64,000 nt of DNA from a virus: IMG/VR virus record IMGVR_UViG_3300015189_000003, positions 2,050 through 66,049 of that record. One strand, written 5' to 3'. The translations under genes and the position numbers were made by a program. Positions 17,211-26,318 of this stretch are shown piece by piece. The notes beneath the pieces were generated by a model, which ran no database searches, was not told where the DNA came from, and saw only the letters and a program-made list of their open reading frames with translations. The stretch's first letter is position 1; each line of letters starts with the position of its first letter.

Positions 17211-19436
17211 TCAGTTCATGCCCTCAAAATTGAATCTAAAGTACGTCACTGTCCTATTGTTTTCAGAAGTTTCGACCTCTTGTTTAATATCTCCTGAATG
17301 GACCAAATCTTCCATCAAATCCTTCCGTTGGAAGCGGTTTAAAAATTGGGTCTTGCGGGTCAGTTCCGAGGACGACATCCGGCCCCCTTCGGCGATGATC
17401 CGCAGCAGTCGCTTGTACTGCCCTTCCCGGTCGTTTTCGCTGACATGACCCTTCACCATCGCAATCATCCGCCGCGTCATCCAGTTGGACAGGCGGATAG
17501 CCAAATGGACGTCCTCGTCGTCGACCTCGACCTTCTTGGGATCCGCAGCCCGAGACGCGCCAAAGATGAGAGCCAGTTTGCCGGCCTTGCCGCCCGATCG
17601 CTTCCACAGCGGGGCGTTAATCTTGTCGTCCTTCGCCCCCCGCTCGTGGATATCGACCCAATGCTGGTTCATCCGTCTGGTAGCCGACAGCGAATATTGG
17701 ACAATTTGCGGCTCAGGATTCTGACTGGCCAGGTTCCCAGTCCCCGGCACAAAGTCGGTCCACATCCTGGCCCGTTCGAGGATCGAACGCGGGACTTCCA
17801 CTTCGCAGGGCGATTGCATTTTGCTTTCGCCTGCCGACTCAAATACCATCATTCGCCCCAAGAGGCCGTCAGAGACGTTTTCCGTCGTCAGGCTGGCCCA
17901 GAACGCATCCGGCGGCGCAGTGCCGTAGACGCACGCCGAGGGCTGGTTGATTCGCTTCGTTTTCTTGCTGTCCGCGTAGGCGTCCCCGACCCACAGGCCC
18001 TTGCTTGAGTTGTAGAGCTGCATCAGCACCGTGCCGATGTTGTAAAGATGGGGGCTTTTGCCGGGATTCTTCATCGTCTGCAGCAAGTGCGCGATTTCAT
18101 CCAGTTGAAACAGAATCGCCGGGCTTTCGGCAATCGCTGTCACCATGCCGGCCGCCGAGCCGACCCGCTCCGGCCCGACCATCTTTTCCTGCCCGACGCG
18201 GATGAGGATTTCTTTATTGATAAGCCGGGCATGGTCCTTGCCAGTCCCCGAGGGTGCCAGGCCGAGCAGATAGCAATTCGTCCGCGTGCCGAAGGAGTCG
18301 CGTATCTTCCGGCTGCAAATCGTCGCCATCAGGCTAATTGCCGCCGCGCAGGCCAGCTCCGGCAGTGGATACATGGCCGTTTCCAGATTGTGCTTGATGA
18401 TGTCGCCGATCAGCCCGCCGGGGTTGAGCATATCCGGGTCCATCGACAGATCCACCGAGGAATTCAGTAGGTTGTCTTTTTTTACACCCTGCCTCGTCGC
18501 CGTCGGCTTATGCTCCGGCTCGCGAACCGCAGACACTTCCAGCGGAGGGCCGGAAAATAGGCCGCTCAGGTCGACCGGCGGCCCGCTGGACGTGTCCGAG
18601 TTGAGTAGTTCGCCCCGAGGGCCCCCCGACTTGGCGGCAGATGCTATCTTGTGCCGCAGTTCCCTTTCCGACCATGGTGGAAGGCAAGTTGTATTCCACT
18701 GGCTTAGCAGGCCGAAAGCCTCGTCCTCAGAGAGAGCGAACCCGCAAACCAGGATGCAGGCAACGTGATAGGTGGCATTGTGGCCGCCAGAGCCCGCGAC
18801 CGCCGGCGGAATGAGCGAAATGTACTTCCAAGCCCGATCGGCCGTATTCGTCCTGGCGGGAGGCACATAGACCGGCTTCGCAGCCGTCGGCCAATACTTC
18901 GCGAAGAGCTCGTCGAGGGCCGGCTGGCATTCCTTGACCTCCCGCGGCGTGCCTTCCAGGTGGTTGCCGGTAAAGCAGAAATAACGCCCGTGGTCATAGA
19001 GCTCGATGCCCGGCATCTTGTACGAGCACGGTTCGGCGTTGACGTTGATTTTCTTGCCGGTGTTCGCAGGAATCTTGCCCTTGCCGTAGAACTTCACGCC
19101 CGCCCGGCTTGGCGAGACTTCGCAGTAGGTGGAAAGCCTCCCCAGGATGTCCATCGCCCAGGGCGCAATCTCGCCCGTCTCGGGATTCCGGCAGCCGTCC
19201 AGGTCGCAGCCGAACAGATCCCCGCCGTCCGCGAAGACGAAGCCGAGCCCGTCGTAGGGCTGAAACGTGCCCGCCTGCAAGGCTGCCGCGGCTTCCGGGT
19301 AGTCGGACCAGGTCGCTGGGTCGTTACTCTTCGCCGGCTGGCCGTTTACTTGGAAGGGTACTTTCCGCCGGTCCTGGCCGATGTACTTCCAGAGGATCCA
19401 CTGTTGCCGGGCGAATAGTGATTGGGGAACGTCCAT
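17211..19436 (-). CDS. Primase-polymerase with PriCT and DUF3987-like helicase domains
   Basis: QWILWK, DLDGC, EVSPSRAGVK, GGHNATY, GTGKD, LDEIA. Confidence 0.85.
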   Translation of the reverse strand: MDVPQSLFARQQWILWKYIGQDRRKVPFQVNGQPAKSNDPATWSDYPEAAAALQAGTFQPYDGLGFVFADGGDLFGCDLDGCRNPETGEIAPWAMDILGRLSTYCEVSPSRAGVKFYGKGKIPANTGKKINVNAEPCSYKMPGIELYDHGRYFCFTGNHLEGTPREVKECQPALDELFAKYWPTAAKPVYVPPARTNTADRAWKYISLIPPAVAGSGGHNATYHVACILVCGFALSEDEAFGLLSQWNTTCLPPWSERELRHKIASAAKSGGPRGELLNSDTSSGPPVDLSGLFSGPPLEVSAVREPEHKPTATRQGVKKDNLLNSSVDLSMDPDMLNPGGLIGDIIKHNLETAMYPLPELACAAAISLMATICSRKIRDSFGTRTNCYLLGLAPSGTGKDHARLINKEILIRVGQEKMVGPERVGSAAGMVTAIAESPAILFQLDEIAHLLQTMKNPGKSPHLYNIGTVLMQLYNSSKGLWVGDAYADSKKTKRINQPSACVYGTAPPDAFWASLTTENVSDGLLGRMMVFESAGESKMQSPCEVEVPRSILERARMWTDFVPGTGNLASQNPEPQIVQYSLSATRRMNQHWVDIHERGAKDDKINAPLWKRSGGKAGKLALIFGASRAADPKKVEVDDEDVHLAIRLSNWMTRRMIAMVKGHVSENDREGQYKRLLRIIAEGGRMSSSELTRKTQFLNRFQRKDLMEDLVHSGDIKQEVETSENNRTVTYFRFNFEGMN

Positions 19437-19443
19437 GATTTTC

Positions 19444-20373
19444 CTAGCTGGTGCCTTCGACGTGCGCTCTTATGAACTTGGCCGCGACTTGCGGAACGAT
19501 TGCATTGCCGTAACCCCGCAGGCGTCCCATTCGGGCGGGTAGCCCATGAGCCAGCGGGAATGAGCCGGGTTGAGCGGATACGCGGCGAGATCCATCTGAG
19601 CACTTAACGGCGATGGTGGGGCCGTTCCACTCTGGCACACCAGCTTGCATTGCAAATCCAACGAGTCCGCTACTCCCTTCGCCGCTCGGGCGATACTCAC
19701 GCCATTGTTCTTGCTGTCCCGTGCCCGCGGAGTCGCCCAGGATTTGATTTCGAGAAGGCCAACGGCATCCGTGAGCGCCATTGAAAAATCCTGCCCACTC
19801 TGGCGTACTACCCGCCCCTTGTCGTTGACGGTTGCCTTGTTGCCGATGAGCGTTTTCGCTTCGTCCTTCGTCCGCGGCGTCGGCCACCCAGAAAATCCTA
19901 TGTCGCCCGTGGGGCGCGCCTTCGCTCGCAGCAGGCAGACTCGCCGCCCCGATGGCATAGCCGCATTCTTCCAGGTCAAGCGATACTCCATCGAGCCATT
20001 CAAGTCCGTCGCTGCTCGCAACTTGCTCTCCAAAGACCGTTGCAGGGCGGCACTCCGCGATGAGGCGGTAGAAGTCTGGCCAGAGGTGTCTTTCGTCCAT
20101 TTCGCCCGCTCGCTTTCCGGCGCACGAAAGCGGTTGGCATGGGCAGCTTCCAGTCCAAACGGGAACATCGTCTGCCCACCCTGCAAGTTGGAGGGCGTAG
20201 GGCCAGCCGCCGATTCCCGCGAAGAAGTGGCACTGGGCGTAACCGGCAAGGTCTTTCGCTTCGACTTCTTTGATGGAACGCTCATCGACGTAGCCAGGTG
20301 GAATAAGGTTCTGCTTTATCAGTTCTCGCAGCCAAGCCGCTGCCTTCTGGTCGAATTCGTTGTAGAAGTTCAT
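19444..20373 (-). CDS. C5-cytosine DNA methyltransferase, alpha polypeptide
   Basis: Motifs I (FFAGIGG), IV (SCPCQ), VI (GEQV), VIII (RHRIF) and X ([10 protein letters not shown]); no motif IX in this frame. Confidence 0.85.
   Translation of the reverse strand: MNFYNEFDQKAAAWLRELIKQNLIPPGYVDERSIKEVEAKDLAGYAQCHFFAGIGGWPYALQLAGWADDVPVWTGSCPCQPLSCAGKRAGEMDERHLWPDFYRLIAECRPATVFGEQVASSDGLEWLDGVSLDLEECGYAIGAASLPAASEGAPHGRHRIFWVADAADEGRSENAHRQQGNRQRQGAGSTPEWAGFFNGAHGCRWPSRNQILGDSAGTGQQEQWREYRPSGEGSSGLVGFAMQAGVPEWNGPTIAVKCSDGSRRVSAQPGSFPLAHGLPARMGRLRGYGNAIVPQVAAKFIRAHVEGTS
19470..20285 (-). CDS. Putative beta polypeptide (TRD plus motif IX), nested in the +1 frame; start uncertain
   Basis: WPTP and WATP repeats, [16 protein letters not shown]. 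Confidence 0.7.
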   Translation of the reverse strand: MSVPSKKSKRKTLPVTPSATSSRESAAGPTPSNLQGGQTMFPFGLEAAHANRFRAPESERAKWTKDTSGQTSTASSRSAALQRSLESKLRAATDLNGSMEYRLTWKNAAMPSGRRVCLLRAKARPTGDIGFSGWPTPRTKDEAKTLIGNKATVNDKGRVVRQSGQDFSMALTDAVGLLEIKSWATPRARDSKNNGVSIARAAKGVADSLDLQCKLVCQSGTAPPSPLSAQMDLAAYPLNPAHSRWLMGYPPEWDACGVTAMQSFRKSRPSS

Positions 20374-20385
20374 TTTCTCATTACT

Positions 20386-20613
20386 TCAAAACGGAATTTC
20401 CTCATCCTCAAACACATCGCCCCGCACCGCTTCCGCCTGCCAATCGGCTTCCGCCAGCACGCCCGCGGCTTCCGGGTAGTCGGACCACGTCGCCGGGTCG
20501 TTGGACTTGGCCGGCTCGCCGCTGACTTGGAAGGGTACTTTCCGGCGATCCTGGCCGACGTACTTCCAGAGGATCCATTGCTGCCGAGCGAATAGTGATT
20601 GAGGAACGTCCAT
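20386..20613 (-). pseudogene. Chimeric primase-N/helicase-C remnant
   Basis: The first 50 aa are nearly identical to the primase N-terminus; the last ~18 aa match the helicase C-terminus. Confidence 0.85.
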
Positions 20614-20618
20614 GATGC

Positions 20619-21929
20619 CTATTCTTTCATTGCTTGCCGCATAAGTTCAACAAAAGCGACCGCGCCGCAGACCGCCACGACGCTGTTTCCGCTGCACCGA
20701 AGCTGGTCGGCTCTGCCCTCGTCCAAAAGCAATGCGGCATCCCCATCAACCAGCACACGAAAACCGGGTTCAAGCGCCGGGTAGAGGTGCGGCGGGATTT
20801 CGCTCCAGTCGGCAGAGGGTCCGGGGGCGAAGAGTGGGAGAACACTCCCGTTTCCGTCGCATGGGATAGGCTCGCTCCCCCGCTGCGTGATTCCAGGTCG
20901 GTCCACTTGTGGTCCTGGCTGTTGGGTGTCGGCCAGGCGTCCGCTTGATTCGCCAGTTGAATTCCGTGGTCTACTTCGCGCGGCAGGCTCGCCCTTTCGT
21001 GGGCCGCGGGAGTCGCCCATTGAGCAATCTGTGCTTTTAGGTTTGCCGCCCCCTCGTGGCTTTCCGTTGTTGCGTCGGCTCCCCCGCAGTTCCGCGGAGT
21101 CTGCCACATTCCCGCCACCGCCCCCGTCAGTGAATCCGTCGCCCCCGGATGGTTCCCGCAGCTTTCCGAGTCTTCCGAGCGAGGGGAGGGCCAAGTCATC
21201 GTGTCCCGAAACCGCTGGTATCCCGGTGGAACTTCGTCCCATGACTTGCACTCCTTCGGAAGAATTCCCATCGTCATTTCGATGACCTGTTCCAATCCGA
21301 AAGCCGTCCCGTGGTTCTGATGGGGCTCGCCTTCCAAAACGATTGCCCCGCGGGAATTCCGATTTTGTGCCGTGCAGACAGTGGGCCAGCACAAAGCATC
21401 TTTCCCGCCTATGACTCGCGCCAACGCTCTCCGCAGTGACAAAGAGCGGGCTTTCGACCGTGTAACCCAATCGGCATAGTTCTTCTCCGACAGGTCGAAA
21501 CCATCCTCCTGAAACCCAGGGAGGGACGTTTTCGCAGAACACCACGGCGGGCTGACACTCGGCAATGATTCGCAGGAACTGGACGATTGGCCCGTCGCCG
21601 TCTTCCCCGTGGCTCCTTTCGTCTTCATTGCCTTTTTGCTTCCCGGCGACGCTGTAGGGCTGACACGGCAGGCCAGCGCAGAGGATGTCCACCAGTCCGC
21701 GAAACGGCTTCCCGTCGAAGCCTCCCAGATCGCCGCACCAAATAGGGGCAGGCTCCAAGCTCGATTCTTCCATCCGGGCCAAGAGCGTGGCCGCGGCGTA
21801 ACTTTCCCACTCAGCGAGACACGCAATTCGTGTTCGCTGTCCGAAGTATTCGCAGCCGAGGCGGACGGCTTCTTCGAGCATGCCGACGCCGCTGCAAAGT
21901 CCAAGCGTATTGATGATGGGATTATCCAC
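20619..21929 (-). CDS. C5-cytosine DNA methyltransferase, alpha polypeptide
   Basis: LCSGVG, GLPCQPYS, ENVP, RRERCF, SGNSVV; probable GTG start at 21929. Confidence 0.85.
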   Translation of the reverse strand: MDNPIINTLGLCSGVGMLEEAVRLGCEYFGQRTRIACLAEWESYAAATLLARMEESSLEPAPIWCGDLGGFDGKPFRGLVDILCAGLPCQPYSVAGKQKGNEDERSHGEDGDGPIVQFLRIIAECQPAVVFCENVPPWVSGGWFRPVGEELCRLGYTVESPLFVTAESVGASHRRERCFVLAHCLHGTKSEFPRGNRFGRRAPSEPRDGFRIGTGHRNDDGNSSEGVQVMGRSSTGIPAVSGHDDLALPSLGRLGKLREPSGGDGFTDGGGGGNVADSAELRGSRRNNGKPRGGGKPKSTDCSMGDSRGPRKGEPAARSRPRNSTGESSGRLADTQQPGPQVDRPGITQRGSEPIPCDGNGSVLPLFAPGPSADWSEIPPHLYPALEPGFRVLVDGDAALLLDEGRADQLRCSGNSVVAVCGAVAFVELMRQAMKE

Positions 21930-21931
21930 AC
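20627..21931 (-). CDS. Putative beta polypeptide (TRD plus motif IX), +1 frame; start uncertain
   Basis: WPTV, WPSP, WQTP, WATP, WPTP repeats and RRLNPVFVCWLMGMP. Confidence 0.7.
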   Translation of the reverse strand: MWIIPSSIRLDFAAASACSKKPSASAANTSDSEHELRVSLSGKVTPRPRSWPGWKNRAWSLPLFGAAIWEASTGSRFADWWTSSALACRVSPTASPGSKKAMKTKGATGKTATGQSSSSCESLPSVSPPWCSAKTSLPGFQEDGFDLSEKNYADWVTRSKARSLSLRRALARVIGGKDALCWPTVCTAQNRNSRGAIVLEGEPHQNHGTAFGLEQVIEMTMGILPKECKSWDEVPPGYQRFRDTMTWPSPRSEDSESCGNHPGATDSLTGAVAGMWQTPRNCGGADATTESHEGAANLKAQIAQWATPAAHERASLPREVDHGIQLANQADAWPTPNSQDHKWTDLESRSGGASLSHATETGVFSHSSPPDPLPTGAKSRRTSTRRLNPVFVCWLMGMPHCFWTRAEPTSFGAAETASWRSAARSLLLNLCGKQ

Positions 21932-24462
21932 TAAAAAGGCAACTCCTCTGTTTCAAACACATCGCCCCGCACCGCTTCCGCCTGCCAGTTTTCTTCCGGC
22001 GGAATCGGGTCGAGGACGTAATTCGTGATTCTGTAAAACTTGCCTTCGCGAATGGTCGTTATCCTCGTCGGAGTCGCGACCGCCCCGCGTTTCCACCAGT
22101 CGATGCAGCTATCAATCCAACTACCAGTATCGTCAGAAACGGGAGCTGCGTCGCTTCGCTTCCGCCACCAGGCTTGAGCCTTTTGGCCGGCCCAGCCGTC
22201 ATGGTCGAGGCAAACCCATTCGCTGATTTTTTCGAGAGCGAGATTGCCTTCGTAGCCCGGCACGCGGCAGATATAATCCACCCGCAGCGTGTCCGGCCCG
22301 ATGCCTTTGGCCTTTTGGTGGCGAGCCATATTGACCTCTTCCACAAGCCAGTCTTGCGGCTTCGAGAGGATCTGCGCCAGCTTGTCAGCCTCTTCGCCGT
22401 GCTTGAGTTCCCGCGGCGGGAACTGAAAGCCGCAGAACGGACAGACGGCGGCCGAGAGCGGCACATCTTGCTCGCAGTTGACGCACTTTTTGGTCGGCGC
22501 GTCGGCGTCCGGATTTTTCTTTTTCGGCTTGCCGAAGTCGATCGCGTCGAGGGGTCCGTGGCGCAAAATGTTTTCGCCGAAGTCGAGAATCAGCGCGTTA
22601 TCCTTGCCGGGAAACAGCCTGAAAGCTCTTCCGCAAATTTGGCTGTAGAGTCCAGGCGAACAAGTCGCCCGCAACACGGCGATGCAGTCGATACAGGGGG
22701 CGTCGAAGCCAGTCGTCAAGACGTCGACATTGGTCAGCCATCGCAGCCGCCGGTTCCGGAAGTCGCTCAGAGTATTGGCCCGCTCGATTGGCAGGGTGTC
22801 GCCAGTCACGGTCCCGCACTTCTCGCCGGTCAAGGTGGAAAGCTCTTGCGCGACGTGCTTGGCATGTTCCACCCCAGAGCAAAAGACCAGGACCGATTGA
22901 CGGCCGGCAGACTTGGAGACGATTTCCGCACAGGCTGCCTTGACGACCGCCGGAACGTCGAAAAGTTGTTCCATCTCGGAATTAATGAATTCGCCCGCCC
23001 GAATATGCAGCTTCGAGGTATCTGCCGAGGCGTCGCCGACGTTGCTGATAATCTGGCTCAGGTAGCCTTGCGAAATCAATTGCGGAATCGGAGCCGTATA
23101 GCAAATCTGCTGAAACAGCCCATCCGGCCGACAGAGCGCCCCTTCGCCCGTCCGGTACGGCGTAGCCGTCATGCCGACCATGCGGAGCTTGGGATTGATG
23201 CTTCGCAGGTCGTCGAGGAAAGCCCGGTACATCCCTTCGCCGGCAGTAGGGACTAAATGACAATTGTGGACCAGGACACCCCCAGCGAAGTAAGAAGGGT
23301 GGCCACTGACTTGCAGGTCATGCACAGTTCGGCGGCTTGCTCGTTCCGGATCCTGATTACCTTCCAGCCAAGTTCGGACAACAAAAGGTCTTTCTTGGCG
23401 TCCAGTGCTTTCCGGCCGTACATATCGTGTGAACGGCCGTCGCACTCTATCCCAATTTTCAGGCTGCGATTCCCGATGTCCAGCTTGTAGCAAGTTGGGT
23501 ATCCGCCGCCCTTCACTTTGGGCTTTTTCGTCGGGATTGCGACTTCCGGTTCCCACCCATCCCCGAGGATCGCAAGCATGTTTGCGACCACTGGCGGCAA
23601 TGGCCGACCGTTCCCACCTCGCACCTTCGGGAAATATCCCTTGGCCTTGTGGCCGTCGCTCAACTTTTTCCGCACCTCCGGCGTGCCGACCGGGTTGAAA
23701 TGCAGCTTCGCGCACCGAATGCTGCAGTACCTCGTGCGAGCCCAGCGAGATTTTGGATACAGGGCGTCCTTTCGCTTCCCGTCCGAGGCGCGAATCAGCG
23801 GATGCAATGGAGTTCCACAGCCAAGGCATGGCTTGTGAATCAGCAAGCGATTCTCCAACTTCCAGGCAATTGGCCCGGATCCAGCCGCGGTCGGTGAAGA
23901 ATCGATGGTTTGGAGTGCAGGACAAAACATGGCCATTGCTAACCTCAACTTTCAGAATAGAAGTTGCTTGTTTATTGAACGTGGACAGGACGCGACCGAC
24001 TCCGCTGGCGTTTAAGACCAGATCGCCGACGCGAATCTCTTCAATTCGACGATTGCCGCCAGGCGTGGCGACGAGCGTTTCGCCAGTGAAGCATTCATCT
24101 ATAATGACTAGATTTCTAACGCCGAATTCCGCAGCCTTTTTGTGTACGGACTGAATGCCGCCACAAATGACCGGCAGGTCGGTCCTTCGCTGTTTGAGTC
24201 CCGCCGAGTAGATTCCGCACAAAATATCCGGCGGCAGAAACGAGGATATTTTTTCGGCATTTTGTTTTAGCAACTCAGCTCTGTGAGCCAACACCAGCAC
24301 TCTTCCGCCCCACCGTTGGACGGCTTCCCGGCACAACTCAGCGCACATGACCGACTTCCCAGAGCCGGTCGGAGTGTCAATCACCGGATTGCCAGAACTG
24401 TTCAGCAAGAAATTCCAGACGGAATTGCAGGCGTCTTGCTGGTATGGTCGAAGAGAATACAT
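21931..24462 (-). CDS. SF2 (DEAH) helicase containing an intein
   Basis: PTGSGKS, DE[intein]CH, MTATP, LTTGFD, QICGR, C-terminal CxxC zinc finger. Confidence 0.9.
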   Translation of the reverse strand: MYSLRPYQQDACNSVWNFLLNSSGNPVIDTPTGSGKSVMCAELCREAVQRWGGRVLVLAHRAELLKQNAEKISSFLPPDILCGIYSAGLKQRRTDLPVICGGIQSVHKKAAEFGVRNLVIIDECFTGETLVATPGGNRRIEEIRVGDLVLNASGVGRVLSTFNKQATSILKVEVSNGHVLSCTPNHRFFTDRGWIRANCLEVGESLADSQAMPWLWNSIASADSRLGREAKGRPVSKISLGSHEVLQHSVREAAFQPGRHAGGAEKVERRPQGQGIFPEGARWERSAIAASGRKHACDPRGWVGTGSRNPDEKAQSEGRRIPNLLQAGHRESQPENWDRVRRPFTRYVRPESTGRQERPFVVRTWLEGNQDPERASRRTVHDLQVSGHPSYFAGGVLVHNCHLVPTAGEGMYRAFLDDLRSINPKLRMVGMTATPYRTGEGALCRPDGLFQQICYTAPIPQLISQGYLSQIISNVGDASADTSKLHIRAGEFINSEMEQLFDVPAVVKAACAEIVSKSAGRQSVLVFCSGVEHAKHVAQELSTLTGEKCGTVTGDTLPIERANTLSDFRNRRLRWLTNVDVLTTGFDAPCIDCIAVLRATCSPGLYSQICGRAFRLFPGKDNALILDFGENILRHGPLDAIDFGKPKKKNPDADAPTKKCVNCEQDVPLSAAVCPFCGFQFPPRELKHGEEADKLAQILSKPQDWLVEEVNMARHQKAKGIGPDTLRVDYICRVPGYEGNLALEKISEWVCLDHDGWAGQKAQAWWRKRSDAAPVSDDTGSWIDSCIDWWKRGAVATPTRITTIREGKFYRITNYVLDPIPPEENWQAEAVRGDVFETEELPF
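23253..23936 (-). CDS. DUF559/Vsr-like endonuclease nested in the +1 frame of the intein
   Basis: CxxC...CS-x-x-C N-terminus and YKLDIG...GIECDGRSH...DAKKD..L...GWKVIRIRN. The ORF track labels it +, but the raw sequence shows it is on the minus strand (23253-23255 is CTA, i.e. TAG). GAGG SD lies 6 nt before ATG 23936. Confidence 0.85.
   Translation of the reverse strand: MAMFCPALQTIDSSPTAAGSGPIAWKLENRLLIHKPCLGCGTPLHPLIRASDGKRKDALYPKSRWARTRYCSIRCAKLHFNPVGTPEVRKKLSDGHKAKGYFPKVRGGNGRPLPPVVANMLAILGDGWEPEVAIPTKKPKVKGGGYPTCYKLDIGNRSLKIGIECDGRSHDMYGRKALDAKKDLLLSELGWKVIRIRNEQAAELCMTCKSVATLLTSLGVSWSTIVI
23263..24093 (-). mobile_element. Intein (277 aa) inserted inside the DECH motif
   Basis: Begins CFTGETLV, has block B TPNHRF, ends VHDLQVSGHPSYFAGGVLVHN, followed by Cys+1. 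Confidence 0.92.
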
Positions 24463-24590
24463 TGGCAGTCCGTGCGAATGAGAATCCTAAAAAGTCGCCA
24501 GCGACGGAATCGAACCGTCTGGAACGTACCAACCGGGCGAGCCAGCACCCGGCCGCAGCGAGCGCCGCGACCGAGCACAAGGCAGGACGA

Positions 24591-25160
24591 TTACCCCCAG
24601 GGGGTTGCCGGAGCGTAAGCCGGAGCCGCAGGACCGGGAGCCACAGGAGCCGACGGCGGGAAAGCCGCGGGAGCCTGCTGGTAGACCGGAGGAGCCGCGG
24701 GCGGCGGACCGCCAGGACCGGACTGGCGCGGCTTGAACGAGGAAATCTCGTTCTTGGCCGCATATTCGCCCTTGGCGGGAATCGCCTTGACGGAGATTCG
24801 CACCGGCTTGTTATGCAGCTCTTCGGACGCCTTCGGAGTCAGGACGCCGACCGCCCGGCACAGGGCCGAGAGATTGCCTTCCGAAATCCGGATTGCCGTC
24901 TTCGTGTTTTCGGGAATCGCCGTCCCCGCCGGCAAGCGGCAGCCGAGCCACAGATTGAAGTTGTGGAACAGCTTCCGATTCTGATACTTGCCGTTCAGGA
25001 TCTGAAATTCCGTCTTGAGCATGTCGCCCGTACTATCCTTCGTCGCCTTCTTCTCGGACTTGACCATGATTGCCTCATAGTCGCCGGCGGGAATCAGGTC
25101 GAAGCCGTCATTAGGCTCGACCTTGTTCGCGTCGAAGCCACTTGCACCAAAATCTGCCAT
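24591..25160 (-). CDS. DUF669 family ssDNA-binding protein
   Basis: FDANKVEP...IPAGDYEA...MLKTEFQIL.G.YQNRKLF, with a Pro/Ala-rich tail. Confidence 0.85.
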   Translation of the reverse strand: MADFGASGFDANKVEPNDGFDLIPAGDYEAIMVKSEKKATKDSTGDMLKTEFQILNGKYQNRKLFHNFNLWLGCRLPAGTAIPENTKTAIRISEGNLSALCRAVGVLTPKASEELHNKPVRISVKAIPAKGEYAAKNEISSFKPRQSGPGGPPPAAPPVYQQAPAAFPPSAPVAPGPAAPAYAPATPWG

Positions 25161-25164
25161 AAAA

Positions 25165-25998
25165 CTAACCCTCTTTCTTCGAAGAACCATCGTTGACGAC
25201 GCCAGAGATATTCCCGTCGGCACTGGCAGGGCCAGCGACAGCAGGAGCCGGAGGCAGGGGCGGCATCAAGCCCGCCTGCGGCAGATATTGAGCGTAAGCG
25301 GCCCATTCCATGGGCAATTCGTCAGGCAGGCGAAGGCGGTTTTTCGCTTCGGCAACTGCGCTGGCATTCGTGCGGATGAAGCGGTCCTTGCCGCCGACCG
25401 CGATTTGGCGGACCTTGTTGAAGCCGAGGTCTTCGGATCGGGTAAAGACCCGGTAAGACGAGAAGAAGACCTCGTCGCACCATTCTTGAATCATGCCGTT
25501 GACGGCTTTATGCAGGTCCGGCTCGTAACGGTCGTAGCTGTCAGTTTCGGGACTGGCAAACTTGGCGATGCGGGCATGAGCCAGGAGGATAATCCCCATG
25601 CCGCGATTGTCCCGCAGGGCGTCGAAGCCTTTCAGCAGGTAATCCCAGCACTTGACCGCGGCTTCGTAGCCCTTGCCGTAGGCGATTTTCTCGATGGACG
25701 CGACACCGGCGTCTTGCGAGACTTTCGCGAAGATGAGAGCCTGCAGCCAGTCGAGGGTATCGACCGCCACCCACTTATAATCGTGCTTCTCTTGCAGGAG
25801 CCAGGAGATAGCCGTCAATACGTTGCCGAAGTCGTTGCACCGAGGCGTCTTGTCGCAGTCGATGTCGTTTAGGCCGTCTTCAATGTCGATGAAGATGCAG
25901 CCAGGGGCCTCGCTGGCCCAGGTCGATTTCCCGCAGCCGTGGATCCCGTAATTCATAATCCGCCGCGGCTTGAGCTTCCGTCCGGTTAAGACTTGCAC
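25165..25998 (-). CDS. AAA_24 / Sak4-like ATPase
   Basis: YGIHGCGKST, VAVDTLDWL, EWCDEVFF. Confidence 0.85.
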   Translation of the reverse strand: MQVLTGRKLKPRRIMNYGIHGCGKSTWASEAPGCIFIDIEDGLNDIDCDKTPRCNDFGNVLTAISWLLQEKHDYKWVAVDTLDWLQALIFAKVSQDAGVASIEKIAYGKGYEAAVKCWDYLLKGFDALRDNRGMGIILLAHARIAKFASPETDSYDRYEPDLHKAVNGMIQEWCDEVFFSSYRVFTRSEDLGFNKVRQIAVGGKDRFIRTNASAVAEAKNRLRLPDELPMEWAAYAQYLPQAGLMPPLPPAPAVAGPASADGNISGVVNDGSSKKEG

Positions 25999-26318
25999 GT
26001 TTCATCCTCCTCGATGATTGGTTTCGACCAAAAAAATTGCTTGTGGTATCGGCACAGCGGCTCGCCGCTGCCTTTGGTGTGAGTTGCCTTGGAGTGGCAG
26101 TAAAAGCATTCGCCCGGAAGGACCGAATCTACCGGCTCGTCGGCGACTGGGTCTTGCGCCGCTGGCGTCCCGAGCAGGCCGGACAGGTCGACGCAGGGAT
26201 TCGATAAAGCCGGTGGAAAGCCCATCGGGCCAACGTTGAACGTCGGAGCCATCCACGAGGGGAAAGCCCGCTCGATTCGTTCCAGGTCGCGAGTGATGCC
26301 TTCGGAAATAGTGTTCAT
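25986..26318 (-). CDS. Hypothetical protein
   Basis: 110-aa ORF with C-terminal CFYC...LC. Confidence 0.55.
   Translation of the reverse strand: MNTISEGITRDLERIERAFPSWMAPTFNVGPMGFPPALSNPCVDLSGLLGTPAAQDPVADEPVDSVLPGECFYCHSKATHTKGSGEPLCRYHKQFFWSKPIIEEDETCKS

Noticed and set aside
23253-23948. Antisense endonuclease inside the intein, as implied by the + label in the ORF track
   Set aside because: The raw sequence shows this protein is encoded on the minus strand, the same strand as the helicase but in the +1 frame, so it is overprinting and not antisense coding.
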